From Atractiella rhizophila (Eukaryota), in NCBI GenBank assembly GCA_021432655.1, contig MU271422.1:1-64000 (forward strand): a DNA stretch of 64,000 nucleotides. The letters run 5' to 3'. A model generated the notes under the pieces. It had not been told where the DNA came from. It made no database searches and was given only the letters and a program-made list of their open reading frames with translations. Below, piece by piece: positions 35,201-48,572 of this stretch. Both the position numbers and the translations under genes were made by a program. Positions within the stretch are counted from its first letter, which is position 1. The number at the start of each line of letters is the position of its first letter.

Positions 35201-35493
35201 CCTTTTCTCCACCTTGTCCTACGACAAACGCACTTCGATCTGATTTTGGGTCTGGAAAGAGGTTCGAGTATGCGAGCACGGGCTGGACGATCGACTTGTC
35301 GTGAGTAAGGAGTGAACCAGATTCGATTATTCCTTAGCAGACAAGGCAAATTGATTGGTTAGCTCGAGCAGCGATGAAGGTACCTGCCTATGGACAATGA
35401 TGGATTTGAGACAGATAATCGTGAGGCAACCACGAGGGCGCTAGATCCAGCACCTGCGATGAGTATGTCGTGAAGAAGAGGAAAGGATGACAT
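32298..35493 (-). CDS. GMC oxidoreductase, alcohol-oxidase-like (AA3), multi-exon
   Basis: DILIAGAGSSALVVASRLS, YTRGSASDFDSW, HGSDGPVKVSYG, NPNLHILTQATVVRV, LERSGVG, YPESRG, GELADAHPKF, YSEEDNKAIEEWIRNTVATTYHS-MGTCAM, RLNVYGVNKLKVIDMSI. Confidence 0.9.
34133..34444. repeat. ~158-bp tandem duplication inside a GMC intron
   Basis: gagcattagcggaacgagcattgtgg...gtcgagacgaacgacg occurs twice, nearly identical. Confidence 0.92.
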
Positions 35494-35828
35494 CGTGTTG
35501 ATGTTGATGATTGTAAAAAAAAACAAAGTTCGGGTAAATAATATTATGATAAACACTGCTCGGATCCGCAACAAACGACGATCCAAGCTTTTCACAGACT
35601 TCCGCTCACCGGGAGGCCAAGTGTATTAATTGGTGCATAATTGGTATTCTCAGCTATTAATGTTATTTCTTCAGCACTAACCAGGGGCCATGGCGCTGTC
35701 CAGGATATAGAGGCTGACAGAAACACGAATATCTCTCCGCCGTTGAAATCTCGTGACATTTGTTCAAGTTTTACCTCTAGCCACTTGAGGAGGAAGGGGT
35801 TTTGAGGGGTATTTAAAGAGTTTCTGCA

Positions 35829-37358
35829 ATGCTCCACCGCTGCTCAGGACCATGGAAAAAGATACAGCTCCAGTTGCTGTACCACGGACTGCCAACGCGA
35901 CCACTCTCGGCACTTCGAACGTCTCACATTCACATTGGAACAAGTAGGCTACAGCAAAAGTACTAGTGAGTCTGTTCTCTATATTCCTTTCCACTTTAAA
36001 GCAGTTCCCGATAGCGGATGTGGTCGTGGTCAACTCAGTAGCTCACAAATGATGCGGAACAGCCCAAACGTTCAGGATAGCCTCACCCCCTTCCCTTCCC
36101 GCTCTGCTCTGCAGGCTACTACTTCCTCTCCCTTCTCTCTAGTTTCACAAAAACGATGGCACGGTTCGCACGATCACTCTCACAACGAGCACGAAGAGAA
36201 GATGTCCGTCCTACTAGAAGCGCCATTCCGCTCCCTTCTCTCCCAGCCAGACATCCGCATCGTTTTCATCGGATTCCTTTCCAACATCGCCCTTGCAGGA
36301 GTCAAGTTCACAGCTGCCTCTATGTACCACTCCACAGCGCTCGCAGCCGATGGGTGGCATTCGCTAGCTGACGTGATTTCTGACTCCATCGCCCTTACAG
36401 CTCTCATGTTGAAGAGGAACCGAACGGGATTCCTTGCTAGGTGTCTAAGCACACAGCGGTATTTTGGGAGCGGAAGAGGAGAATTAAACAAGTTGGATCC
36501 ATTCGCCAGTTTAATCGTTTCGGCTATCATCGTCAGAGCTGGAATCGGATTCGCATGGGAGTCTTTACAGAAGATCATCACTTTCTTACCCACTGCCTAC
36601 GCGCACGGAGGCCACTTACACATCTCTTCTGAAGCGGTGGGGGCGGCAGGAGATGTCGCAATGTCGCCGGAGGCAGCTGGAGTCGCATTCTCAATAGCTC
36701 TCGTCGTGATCCTATCGAAGGAATGGCTCTCAAGAGCAACAAACCGCATCGCAATCTCACACAACTCTGAACTCCTCCATTCCACAGCCACACACCATCG
36801 TTCGGACTCTTGGACGACGGGTAGGGCTCTCACTCTGAAACTTGAGCAGGTTGTTGACGCGTTCATTTGATGAATTGAGCAGCCGTCGCCGCCTTGGGTT
36901 TAGGATGTGCTGCTGCTGGCGTACCTGTTGCCGAACCACTCGCTGGCCTTGCAGTTTCGATGATGATCATATGGCAAGCTATCAAACCCGGCGCTCGATC
37001 CATCCTCAGGCTACTTGACGCCTCCACCCCTCTTTCCGCTCACTCTCACCACCCGGAACCTGACCTCCATGACGAACCGCCCGTAACGTCCAATCACTCT
37101 AGTTCACACGGTGATCTCCACGGACAAGACCATTTCGACCTCTCACAACAGCTTTTAGACATTGGATTTCGGATAGTGGATCGGAGGAAGATGTTGGACG
37201 GCTCCGGTCTATTGAGAGTGGATGTCATCAAGGGGGGGAAGGTGAGCAGTCCAGATCTTGCTTTGTTGAGCGACTGGATCAAGCAAAGTAAACGACGGAA
37301 GGTCCTGGTAAGGGTGACGGGATCAGATGGGTTTCTTATCGATATTAGAGCTAAATAG
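35829..37358 (+). CDS. Cation diffusion facilitator, mitochondrial metal transporter (Mmt1/Mmt2-like)
   Basis: Arg/Ser/Leu-rich N-terminus, HGSHDHSH, SNIALAGVK...STALAADGWHSLAD (HxxxD), KEWL, ATHHRSDSW, EPLAGLAVSMMI. Confidence 0.88.
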
Positions 37359-37448
37359 AAGTTGCAGCACAATGCAAGATGTAGTTTATACAGTAGAAGT
37401 ATCAATGCTACCTAATACAACAACTGAAAGCACTTGTCAGCCTATAAA

Positions 37449-40232
37449 CTACAGCCAAGCAAGACCGTCTCCGTTAAGAAAAAGATCGTTAAATCTGTCC
37501 CAAGTGAAAAACTCGATCTATAAGGCAGTAATCAGCACCATTCATGCATAGACAAAAGTGACGGAAGGTGAACCTCTTCATGGTCTATTGAAAATGATGT
37601 CGTCTTCATCGATTCTGCATCTGCCGTAATGACGACCCATCTCCTTACATTCAGGTACTTGTCGCGGAAAGAGGTGACCAAAGTGCTCAGCTCCTGCAAT
37701 TCCTTGAGCTCGTTCTCTTCCAGTTCCTTCGCCTCCATCATTGGATCCAAGCCGTACAGATGCAAGTCTTCGACATCGTGTATACGATCATCCCCAACAG
37801 GGAACCAGTCGAAAGATGGTGCTAAAATCGGTGGAGGTGCTTCGTATTTAAGTGGAGGACAAACCAGGGAGAGGGATGGGTCAAGGCGCGTGACGGTGGA
37901 GTAGCTGTTGTTGGGTAAGAAAGCCTCGAGGGCGTTCAATAAAATGGATCGCACAATAGGAACGCTAAAGCAGACAGTTTCATCTCCTGTTACCAAGTTC
38001 CACATTAGAACAGGACTCACCCTAAGTGATAATTAAGCCAAGGATCCTTGGTCAAGTTGGTCTGCAGGTTAAACACAGCGTTGTCCACAAGCAGTCCAGG
38101 ATGGAGGTATGGATGAAGAAGCCATGATGGACGTAGGGATTGGAGAGAGTTGAAGTTGCGATCAATTCCCACTCCGCCTAAGAAATTTCTGAGTTGATCA
38201 ATGTGATTGAGCATGGCGAGATGTGTAAAGGTGACGGCGACGCCTAAACTCTCTGTTCGAAAAGCAGTTTCTGTAAAGAAAGGAAAGAAATATACCTCCA
38301 TCCCATATGCGCTTCCATACTCTCTCCTTCTGCTTCGCACTCCCAAAGAAGCAAACATAGCCATCTTTTCTTATCCTCCCATTGTCTACTTCTTCGATCC
38401 TCTTCAAAACCTCCCTCGCTTTCTGTTCATCGTCCAATTCGCTCACATGAATAAACACGAAGTCCGTATCTCCATCCAATTCACTCGAAAACTCGAATGC
38501 CCGCGCTCTTGAGTTGTCGCCGTCGCTGCCTTCTCGTCCTACTAGATCGTCTGACTTCAGGAACCAGAGGAGGGCAAAGATATCTCCATTGATTTCGACT
38601 CCTAGTTCTTCCTTCAGCTTCCATCTTTCCGCATCCGGCGTTTCTTGCAGTCGCTTGACCTCGTCCATAGTCGCCGAAAGTTCGAACGTCGCCTGGTCAG
38701 CGATGATGAATCCCTTCCCGTCGTTCCCAGAGGCGTTTTTTACACGCAACAACGCGTCTATTCCATCCGGTATGCCCCACCACAACTTGAGTAACGTCCT
38801 CCCTTTTGAAGCAGCATCAGGAAGGGTGTTCATCGGCTTTCTCCACCAGTCTAAAGCCCCCAAAGCGGCCATCAAGCTTTTCCTTTGGTTCTTCAGATCA
38901 CTCAGAACGACGGATGACCGCACCAGCTGATCGTGATATAGTGAGCGATTGAACGCATCCAGTTCTGGATCGTGAACTTGTCCCAGACCGGATACAGGGC
39001 CAGAACCAATTGAATGCCGCGCGGAGGTATTGATGGAGTGAACTGGGGCTGTGGATGATTGTCGAGACGTTTCCACTTGAATGATGGACCCGAGTCGTGA
39101 TCCAGATGCGCGGGATGGCCCGGGAAGCTGCGTCGTTGTTTCATTTGGAAGAATAGGAGGAAGATGATCCACCGCATCTCCTTCGTCCATCACGTCGAGG
39201 AAAAGGTTCATCTGACTTTCTGGTACTCCTCCACCTCCTGCCACATCCACATCCATAACATCATCTCGAGCAGATTGCGTCTGCGACATCAGAGCTGGTG
39301 CTAGAGGTTGTGTGACAGTCGTCTCCACAACAGGCGATGTACCTCGCGGAGACTCAATCAAGATTGCTTCACTTGCCTTCCCCTTTCGTTTAGGAGGAAT
39401 GAGCATCGATTCGAATTCATCGTTGTCGCTCTCTGACTCTGGGACCAGCTGCGCTAGCGTCTTCTTTTTTGTAACTTGCTTCGGTGGCTCTTTCTCCTGC
39501 TTCTCTTCCACTGTTCTCCTCTTCCAATCGTTCCCACTGACTTGTTGGCGGAGTGGAACGCTATCGTCTGAACTGTCTTCCTCGGTCACTTCTCTTGCAC
39601 CCTGTGATTGCGACGGGAATTGATATGTTGACTTGCTTTTTGACTTCTTCACTTCCTTGATGAGCGATTCGTCAGGCGAGCTTGAAGCTTGTTCGACCTG
39701 AGAAGCTTTGGTCGACGACTTTTGTTTCTTCTTTTTCTTCTCCTTTTTCTTTGCCCGCCGCGAATATTGTTTGAAGCCATGACCTTTTGGATTTTGATCG
39801 TAGAATTCCTTCAGCCAAGTAAACGTACACATCAAGAAACTGCCCCTAGAATGAAGGCAGTGACGTACAAAGATACACTCTGTGTCGTTGAAGTTCTCAA
39901 ATGGCTCCCATCTCAGGACAAATCAGCAAGGCAGAAAACAATGAAGTAAGAAATACGTACGAGTTCTCTGATTCGCTATAACCCGCCCACTGGCCAGAAG
40001 CGCTCAGCTCCAAATGACTGCTATGATGCACCGTACCTGGACCAAGAACTCTGTCCTCTCTTTCGACCTGCTGTACCGCGAGTCAAGCACCTTCTCTATT
40101 GTACCCTATCAGATTTCAAGTGAAAGGTAATCAAACGAGCAAAGTCTCACCAACGGTAAACTCTTCCTGACTATCCGCCTCTTCCTCCTGTTGCTGTTGC
40201 TGCTCGATTTCGGCTCTCTTACGCTTTGGCAT
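37449..40232 (-). CDS. Chromodomain protein with long disordered middle and globular C-terminal domain
   Basis: Spliced small 5' exons give EEFTVEKVLDSRY...EFLVQWAGYSESENSWEPFENF (aromatic cage F/W/Y). A large exon spans 38198-39835. Confidence 0.82.
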
Positions 40233-41059
40233 CCTTACAACTTCCTCAAACTGAAATGACTGCAGATTGCGATGTTATCAATTGTCAATGTTAAGGCGCT
40301 GCCGTCAGTGTCGTAGTTGTTGCAAAGGAGAGGCTGAGGCGCGTAGGCGGTCCCCGTGACCCTGCGGGTAAACCCCGTGAGGGGGATGGGACGGGACCCC
40401 CACCAGTTGTCAGCCGTGTCTTAGATAACTCTTCCTGAATGCAGCTTTCGTTGGTACGACGATACGTGCGCACAACGTGAAATATCCAGGCAGGTTCGAG
40501 ATATCTTTCTACGAACATGCAACGACGTCGCCTACTAGTACGGAAAAGCCAGCGCATCTTGGCAGCGAGTTGTGATGGAATGGAAGACGTTGTCCTCAAT
40601 GGAATGCCCGTGCCTAGTGGACAATGAGATACCTTCGTTCGTTTACGGACACTTTCGATCGGCGGACATCGGCTGCATCACATCGTCTTGGAGTACCTTC
40701 TTCCATGTCAGCGGAGTTGGAAAGGGAAATGTTTGGTTAGACGTCCACTTCTACAGTTCTCAACACCAACTAAAAATGTTACACTACAAGCTCCACCAAT
40801 TATGCCTTTGGCTGAATATCTAGAAGGGGTTTGAAATTGTATGAACCCATTGACTGTTGAATACAAGGATATGAGGACAAATGGAGACATGGGAGTGGCG
40901 ACGAACCCAAGCAACATGGATGAAGCACAAAGTCTGAAAGAACACTAAGAAAATCACGGCCAACTTTGAAAATTGAACATGAACTGAAGTGTACCAATTC
41001 GAAAAGGTCTCCGCGGCGCCATCCTTTCCGCCTGTTAGACGTCGCTTTTCACATTACAC

Positions 41060-43055
41060 CTACAGAAAGGGCTCACAATGTTGCTCAAGTTTCAGTACAT
41101 AAACTCTGAGATGCTCCAAGCTCTCACATGTACCTTTTCCAGGACACTGATGGTCGCTATTCGAGTAAGCAAAGTCAATCAAGCTGATCCTGCCATCCTT
41201 CCCCATCGTAACATTCGCGTCGGAAACATCCCAATGCTCGACTCCGCGCTCGTGCAGCTTGACAACGATATCGTAGACCCTTTGGCTGGCATACAGTCAG
41301 CCTCAGTGCCGTGAGAAAATGCAGCAGACAAACTTGATTTCGCGGTCTGAGAAGCCTATACCAAGCTTGCGAAGGCTTTTTCCCACATCCTGAAGCAGCA
41401 GGACCCCTCCTCCCTCTTCCCCCCCTTTGAAAGCCCCAAAAAGCATGGGGACATCCACTCCCGCGAGGTCCTTCAGGCGTCTGTACGCGTTGATCTCGTT
41501 CTCCAACTCGTATTGCACCTGGAGCTCCTTCGTAATGAACCTGTTCGAGTCGTTTGCAAAGGCTGCCGTGAACGTGAATGAGTGGCTCAGCTGTTCGTGC
41601 TGCAAGAGGAGGAACGGTTCGAGTGGAGGTGAGGGGGGTGGGGTGTGCAAACCGGACCGTTTGAAGTAAAATCCATGAGGAAGGTGGGCCGTATCGAAGT
41701 TCACAAACTGCGAGTCAGGAATCTTGGGAAGCGAGAGCGTCAAGTCGCTCCTCCCTTCCGCCCGGCAGGCGAACTCAAGGCTGTCCACCTAACCTTTTGT
41801 CACACAAAAGCGGAGTTAGAATAAATGTTCTTTACCTCACATAAAACGGAAGCAATCCCTGCAACGTCCAAAGACACGAGAGGATTTCGCCAAGTCGGAA
41901 AGTCCTCCATCGTGTCGATTCTTTTGACACCCATACTATCGTACCATTTTGCGTGCCAACAAGCGGTTCCAAGCCAATCCTGCTCGTCCAGCATGCCCCC
42001 AACAGCACGACTCTTGTCCCCACGGTTTTGCTTTTTTCCTCTGGATTCTGCAGATCCTTCACGATGCAACGTAGCTTTTTCGTCAGAAGAACCTTGGAGA
42101 TTCAGGGTGGACACCTCAGAAGCGAGTATGGATTCCACGATGAGATCGTCGAGCGACTTTCCTCGGAAGTCGTCCGGAATGTCGACAAGGAGCGAGGTGA
42201 GAATTTCAAAGATTGGATCTCGCTCCGAATGGTGAACATCAGATACGGCGAAGTAAGTGGTATTCCCAAGCGTAATCTTCTTGAAGAAGACAAATTCCAA
42301 GGCTGAGTGAACGGTTGCGCGGTCTAACTTAAGCTCTGAATTAGTCAAAGCCACCTATAAATCAGTTGAGTGAAGAACCCTAATGTAATGGTCAGACGGC
42401 CTACTTTGCTAACGATCGAAGTCTCATCCGTTGTTTGGCGGTCGACCACTACTGGTTGCTGAGAGCGAGCAGCTTGCACGATCTTCTCCAAATAATGATG
42501 AGCTACCAGCCAAGCCTTCTCTTCAGCCGACATTCGAGGTGCTCCACCGACGGAGAACTGACAATCGGTGAGTATACCCTTGGAACGGCCATCTTGCGGG
42601 TTTTTAAACACTGGGACACCAGATTTGTAGAGGAACGTTGGAAGGCCCATAACCCTGAATAGGAGCCCCAAAACGAACCCATAAGCAAAGTTAAAGACAG
42701 GCCGAACATCGGTTTCGGGAGCAAGTTCCTGAGTTTGAACGTGGTGCTCAGAAAGTAGAAGCGCGTCGTCAATTGTCTTAATCGCGTTAGGATCAATAAT
42801 CCAAGGGCACGAGTCAGATGTTAAATAGTCATGAAATCGCTCTCTCGCAATGTCGGTCAGACTGGGGCAATAAATCAGCTTCTCTGGAAGTCCCGGCATT
42901 GGCAGTGTCAATACTGCTGGCTTCTTATATGGCGAAGTGTCTGGTTGCCAACCAGCTAGCTTCTGAGTTTCGGTCCGCTGATGGTTCAGTTGGCGTCTAG
43001 GTAGAGTTTTGATGCGTTCCGAAAGACGCAGGCGGAGTTGCGCTGATGAAGACAT
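41060..43055 (-). CDS. Lineage-specific protein with C-terminal atypical protein-kinase-like domain and possible PD-(D/E)xK-like N-terminal domain
   Basis: ELENEINAYRRLKDLAGVDVPMLFG..LLLQDVG; last exon LHERGVEHWDVSDANV...ISLIDF..S..HQC. The N-terminus has ILTDCQF...MSAEEK. Confidence 0.75.
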
Positions 43056-44989
43056 TGCGTGGTCGACGGGAAGAAAGTGTCTGTGAAAGAGATATCCCGA
43101 TCGTGCGAGAGTTCAGATTGTGACTTTGTGGCTATGAAATACTGTCAGGGCATTTCCATGGTATGGCCGTTGTGGAGAAAGAAAGGTAAATGAGATACGA
43201 ACAACAGAATGCCAGAGTTCACCAGAGACGTCTTATCGCAAATGCGTTGAGAGTTGGATCAAAATCTGAGCGCGGAGTGGTATATATACGGCCAACGGTC
43301 TTTGTTCTCATTCCTGTTTGTGTTCATTCCTTCTGTCCAAACAGCAAAGAAACAAGGACAGCGGCTATGGCATGTTCTGACTAATAAGTTACCTTTGATC
43401 GTTTCACACAAGAGGGAGACATCAGGATTCTCCACAGCATAGTGTGGAAACAAAATTCCTTGTCTAGGACAGGTTTGATGGAAAATAGATGAAATGATGG
43501 AAGAAGGGAACGCACGTCACTGGATGGACAGAAAGTGTATACCTCTAAAAGACGCGGGCAATCAGAGCCTCGCTAATGCTTACGACAGGGCATGAAAGCA
43601 AGAGGCAGAGCTTGTTTCGGGAAAAAGATCAGAAAGCGCCAAAGACTGGGAGCGGAACCAGACGCTCGAGGGTGTTTTGCGCGAATACCACTGGTAAACG
43701 AATACCGCTCTGCTTCAGCTTCTCTGGATGGAGAGATATAGCACCGTTAATTTTTCAAAGGATCACGACTGCTGACACGTTGGAAACTAGGTCAGCCGCC
43801 CCAGCGCTTAGGAACACATACTACGATCTAAAAGGAGGCATTCGTGCTGGTGGCAATCCTTTCCGCACTTGCGCAAGGCTTTCCCACATACGAATCGGAA
43901 GAAGGAACTATTTGATCGTCTTAGACTCACTGCCTCAGTTCTGGGCAGAATTGGTCAAAAGTGGATAGAAAGCTTGGAAAGAAGGTGAAATTCAATACCA
44001 TGATTTCTCATAGGTTTCAAACTGGCGCTTGCTGATCCACAAAACTTGAAGGGGACATGCGAAATTAGGTGCTCTACAATACTATAATACTATAATGTTG
44101 CGACGTGATTCAAATGAGATGAATTGTGGTTACAAAAGAATGCATCGATTTATGCATTCTGAAAGAAGTAAGAGCAAAAATGCGGACTAGACGGCCTCAA
44201 GAGGGGCTCATAATCCTACTCACTGGATCGTGATTATCCCTTCAATCAGAGCCCCTCTCAGTATAACCTCAGGCTCAGGCCGCAGCACCAACTGGATCAA
44301 CAAGCTGAGCTAACACGAAGGCTGCTCAGAGTCTATCACATGGAAGGTAAGTACGCAGCTTCGGCTAGCTCTAAATACGAGGAACAGCTCTCATTCCCCT
44401 CTGCCTGCGTCAATTGAATCAAATCCTGTCCTCGTGTCGAGGGTAGGTGGAATAGCTGGGAGGTAACTATCACTTACTGGTAGTCCTCTGTACGCAACCT
44501 TGGCTCTTGAATACCTGAGTAACCTAACTGCTGAACGCTTTTGACCCGGCCGCCGATGAACTTGTCTCGGCTCCGATTCCGGTTTGTTGTGAGATGGTTG
44601 CTCGCAAAACCGAAGGGTTAAGATCAAGGGCAATGGTTAGGCTGCTTGGCTGCTTGTTGGAGATTGGCTTGGACTGAGGTTTGGAATCTACATTTCTTTT
44701 GTGAGTTTTATTCATCCCTTAAACCGACTCTAGTTGGATTAGTTACTATCATGCCTTGTGTTGACCCTTTACTGTTGACTTTTCATCTGCGGTACAATGT
44801 TGGCGCATTGCCCATCTGGAATGAAATCCAGGGAATACGTCTATTATAGATAACTCTTTGTTTGTGGACACATGTGAGCACTGCAGGAGACAGTGTAGCA
44901 GCCATAGAGAGGAGCATAGAGAGTAGAAGCTTCAGTGCGAGTGTGCTTTTGATCGTTACTCCCCTGTGTATCCAAATGAGCCATTGAGA

Positions 44990-45400
44990 AGATGTTGCTT
45001 TTGCTTGTTCCCGTGATAACAGCGTCTCCGAAGTCCCCTTTCAATGCAGAATGATACACAATCCACCTCGTTGCTGCATCCATGGCGTACAGATTGCCGG
45101 GTTGCTTTTCAGATTAGCGTGGAACCATTGTAGAGCTATAACCCATGACTGGCGAACACGCCTCGAAACATGGAAGTCACGGCAGCTGGAATGATGGAGC
45201 TGCTTACGCAGAAGCTGCCATCAACAGAAACGTTTGAGATTTAGAATGTGTGACCAACTACGAGAACAAACCGATTATCACTTGTAGAGCCTGCTTCTTG
45301 TAAAATGTACTTCTATTGAAACAAACCCTCCCCTGAAGTGGTGGACAAGCGTAGAAAGGTCGACAATTCTTCAGCCTCATCTGCAACATCCAAGGCCGCA
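44990..45400 (-). pseudogene. Relic of an AKR7 (aflatoxin aldehyde reductase-like) gene
   Basis: DAATRWIVYHSALKGDFGDAVITGTS resembles the AKR7 C-terminal motif (AALRW..HHS.L....GDAVI.GAS). A degenerate FYACPPLQG (~FYAYSPLAG) lies upstream, with stops between. Confidence 0.55.
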
Positions 45401-45800
45401 GAGACAGGAGGAGCATGAAAAGGTGCGGCACCCGATCTTTCCTCTTTGACTAAAACACAAAGCTTCCTGTTGCGAGTCCCGTTCTACCACAAAACTTCAA
45501 AAATAAATGCAGGTAATAAACCAATAATATACTAGTAGCCACCATGGGTACATTGGTAAAGTAATGACCCGCCGTGTTACTAAGCTACTATTGCATTTCG
45601 TCTTACAATACGTCCATGCCAACAACACCGGGACTACATGCATAGGAAGAAAAGGATATTGGCAGATGTGTAGTGTTTCTACATCCTAGAATCGTAACAC
45701 CTGCGTTTACGTTTTGATTCATGAGAAGCTGATTGATCGAACCAGATTGAGCCATATTTCGCTATGTTTGTCTGCATATTTCACATACATCTCGCACAAG

Positions 45801-46547
45801 TTATTTTTTCTCTCTCAGCTCCGTCGCTAGTCTTAGGAAGGTCTGGTCAGTCAACCCTCTCCAGAAAGCCCAACCCAGACATTCCCGCCATCCAATACCC
45901 ACCATATCTAGCAACTTCATCATGGGAACCTCCTTCGTTCCAATCATATCCAACGGCATCAAGGCTTTCAAAACAACTCCTTCTTCGTCCGCGATCCCAT
46001 CTCTGCAACCATCGTCGCCTCCTGTACGATGTCTCAAGTCATAGAACCGAACTATGGGTCGCTCTCCCCCAGGTCGAAGTTCACTCGTCGATAACATCGA
46101 GTCCATCACCATCTTCTGTACCGGAGTGCGAAATCGAAATCGGAGCAACCAGACTGAGATTCCCTTCCGTCCGTCCGCTTGTAGCTCTCTCGAAGCCTCA
46201 AGGATCGCTTCCACCTTTTCTTGCTCCGCGGGAGTGAAGAGGGTAGTATCAGCTCTAGCACTGGCACTTGCGTTCTCGCCGTGCGGTAAGGGGAGGAGAC
46301 TGACGTGGTCTAACGCGTAGCGCTTTTCTATAGGGGTGTGATCGTGCTCTTGCACGGTGGATGGAAGGATGAACAGGTCGAGGAGGAAGTAGTGCGCAAG
46401 AACCTGAGGTTCATTGGTGGATGAGAACCCGAGGGCTCGCGAAGCTTGACCCTTAAGCATCGCCACGAATTTCTATTCCAGTGGACACTGTTAGTTAATA
46501 GAGGAGACAGGCACTGAAACTAGAAAGGGATGCGAACATTTCTCCAT
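45801..46547 (-). CDS. Hypothetical protein
   Basis: 221-codon ORF with globular composition. A probable short first exon starts at ATG 46547. Confidence 0.6.
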
Positions 46548-47822
46548 GGCTCGACGTCTGAAAAGACATTTGCGACTACTCCGCAAACAAGTTTGTGAGA
46601 CGACCAATCGGCCGATTGGCATTCGCGACCCTGTTCGAATCATTAGTCAAAGTTGGAAACGATAAGGAGACAACAAACGCAATAAGCAACGTAAGCCAGG
46701 CACCTACTGCATCGTTGTGCTCTGCCTTCTACTCCGCAGACGCTGCAGGAATTAGGAAGGAGAAGGGTGGGTTTGAGAATTTCTTCGCTCATATCGTTGT
46801 GCGGTCAGGTGGGGCAAAGAAAATAAAGTGCAGCCTTTGGATATAACGGTGAGGCGACTGGCATTTTATCAGGGATTTATAATGACGCGCCTGAAATAAC
46901 GGTGAGAAAAACCTTGTTTCTTCGAATTCCCACCTTGTCCTCGATGTCATTTTCAATCACAAAGAAATGCAGCCCAGTGTAGGCCTTCTCGAAGGCGCAG
47001 TTATTCCAAATGGCGCTCGAGCGTTCTGGGCCTGGAAATCACGATAATCATTCGTTGTTCTTTCAACCGTTTCTCGATCGATGACTTCTTGTCGTTACGC
47101 TAGTCTCAACGCGCGTTGCACGTCGCTGGACGCCATGGAATGTAGTCAATCACTTCAATTCATCTCTGATTCTTCTGGTGCACCATTCGCATGCACGCGA
47201 CCATTCATCGGTATTCAGGGCAAATGCGAAGAACCTGGCGATTTCACTTTATTCCTGTGAGCAGAACCGCTAACATGCTCTGGTCGCGTTTCTTTAAAGA
47301 ACCTCCATTTACCCAGTATTTCACAGAGTGAATATTGTGGATGACGTAGTTGATCGCAGTCAGAACTGAGAGAGTCTGGGTATGTCTCCTAAAAATTCAA
47401 CTGTGATTAATAAATGCTCCTTGCTTTTGAAACGTTTTGAGTAGATCCATTTGAGCCCCATCAGACACAACATGTCAGTTTTAATCGCCACATTAGGAGT
47501 CAAACCAAACACCAGGCAAACGTCTTTCTACGGAGTTAATTCTGTCAGGATGGAGGGCTTTTCTTTGACAATTTGCACAAGTTCCAACTCCAAAGAGTCA
47601 ATACTTGATTTGCCTCTAAGGCGGTATCCCATTCCAGCACGCAAAATATTTACTCGTGAGCAATGTTCACTGTAGCATGCATCGCTAACGTGCGTTTTGG
47701 TTCAGTTAAGACTCTTTTCACCCAACTGCGCTTTTCAAATCCTTCCGTTCGTTCTTCACAACCTTCGGGTTGAGTCAACAATTGTGCATAATATCCAGGC
47801 ACATTCCAGCCTTGTCTCTGTC

Positions 47823-48262
47823 TTATCCGTCGAATCTGAAAACCTCCTCCGTTTGACCCCACCACGATGGAGCACCTTGACTGGCGGCATAACTTCCCAG
47901 CGCTCCGTCAACTGGGCTCGTTTGCATTCCATCTGTCATGGACCACCACTCTTGAACTGTCGGATTGGCAGCCATGGCAGCCATATCGGCGTCCCAGTCC
48001 GTTCCGACGTATTTGAAGCTGGCGAAAAGTACGCTTCTCGAGGCGTCGAAGAAGATGGAATCTGTGTCAAACCATAAGTTCATCATAGAAGTAATGTGCA
48101 GGTGTATTCCCTACAATCGACGATGTTCGAGTCTTTGATCTGCTCCAAGACAGCCGGCCAAACTGCAGCATGGCACTGCTTGTACTCCTCAACTCTGTCT
48201 TTCTTCACATGGATCCATTGAGCAATGCGCTTTGGTTCTCCTGTCGACTTTGGTGAGCCCAT
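47823..48262 (-). CDS. L-rhamnose mutarotase (RhaM/DUF718 family)
   Basis: KRIAQWIHVKKDRVEEYKQCHAAVWPAVLEQIKDSNIVD-YSIF...LFASFKYVGTDWDADMAAMAANPTVQEWW...EEVFRFD. Confidence 0.9.
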
Positions 48263-48572
48263 GGCGGCAAGGTGTTTTCAAGGTTAAGGCAGCTCTGCTT
48301 CAAGATCCGAGACGCCGGCACTGTAGAAGAGGAGGGAGGTTGATCCTCATTGCAGAAAAGAGCTGCACCTTCTTAAGTAGATCGATGGCACTCGATGGTA
48401 TTTTGCGGACTAACGGCCCGTCCTGCCACCCTAGTCTGTCTTTTTCGATACTCTGCGCTACGTAAACCAAGACTGGATCGTGAACAGCAGCGTATGCTCG
48501 TGCGCTTACAAGGATATTCATGCCAATGTTACAACATATACAGGACGGTTTATACATGCGAACGCTACCATG

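Noticed and set aside
40348..40402. GC-rich hairpin cluster upstream of the chromodomain gene
   Set aside because: Too short and imperfect to assign as ncRNA or MITE without a genome-wide search.
46600..47800. Possible ncRNA or tRNA in a gene-free interval
   Set aside because: No tRNA cloverleaf, A/B boxes or recognisable snRNA motifs found by eye.
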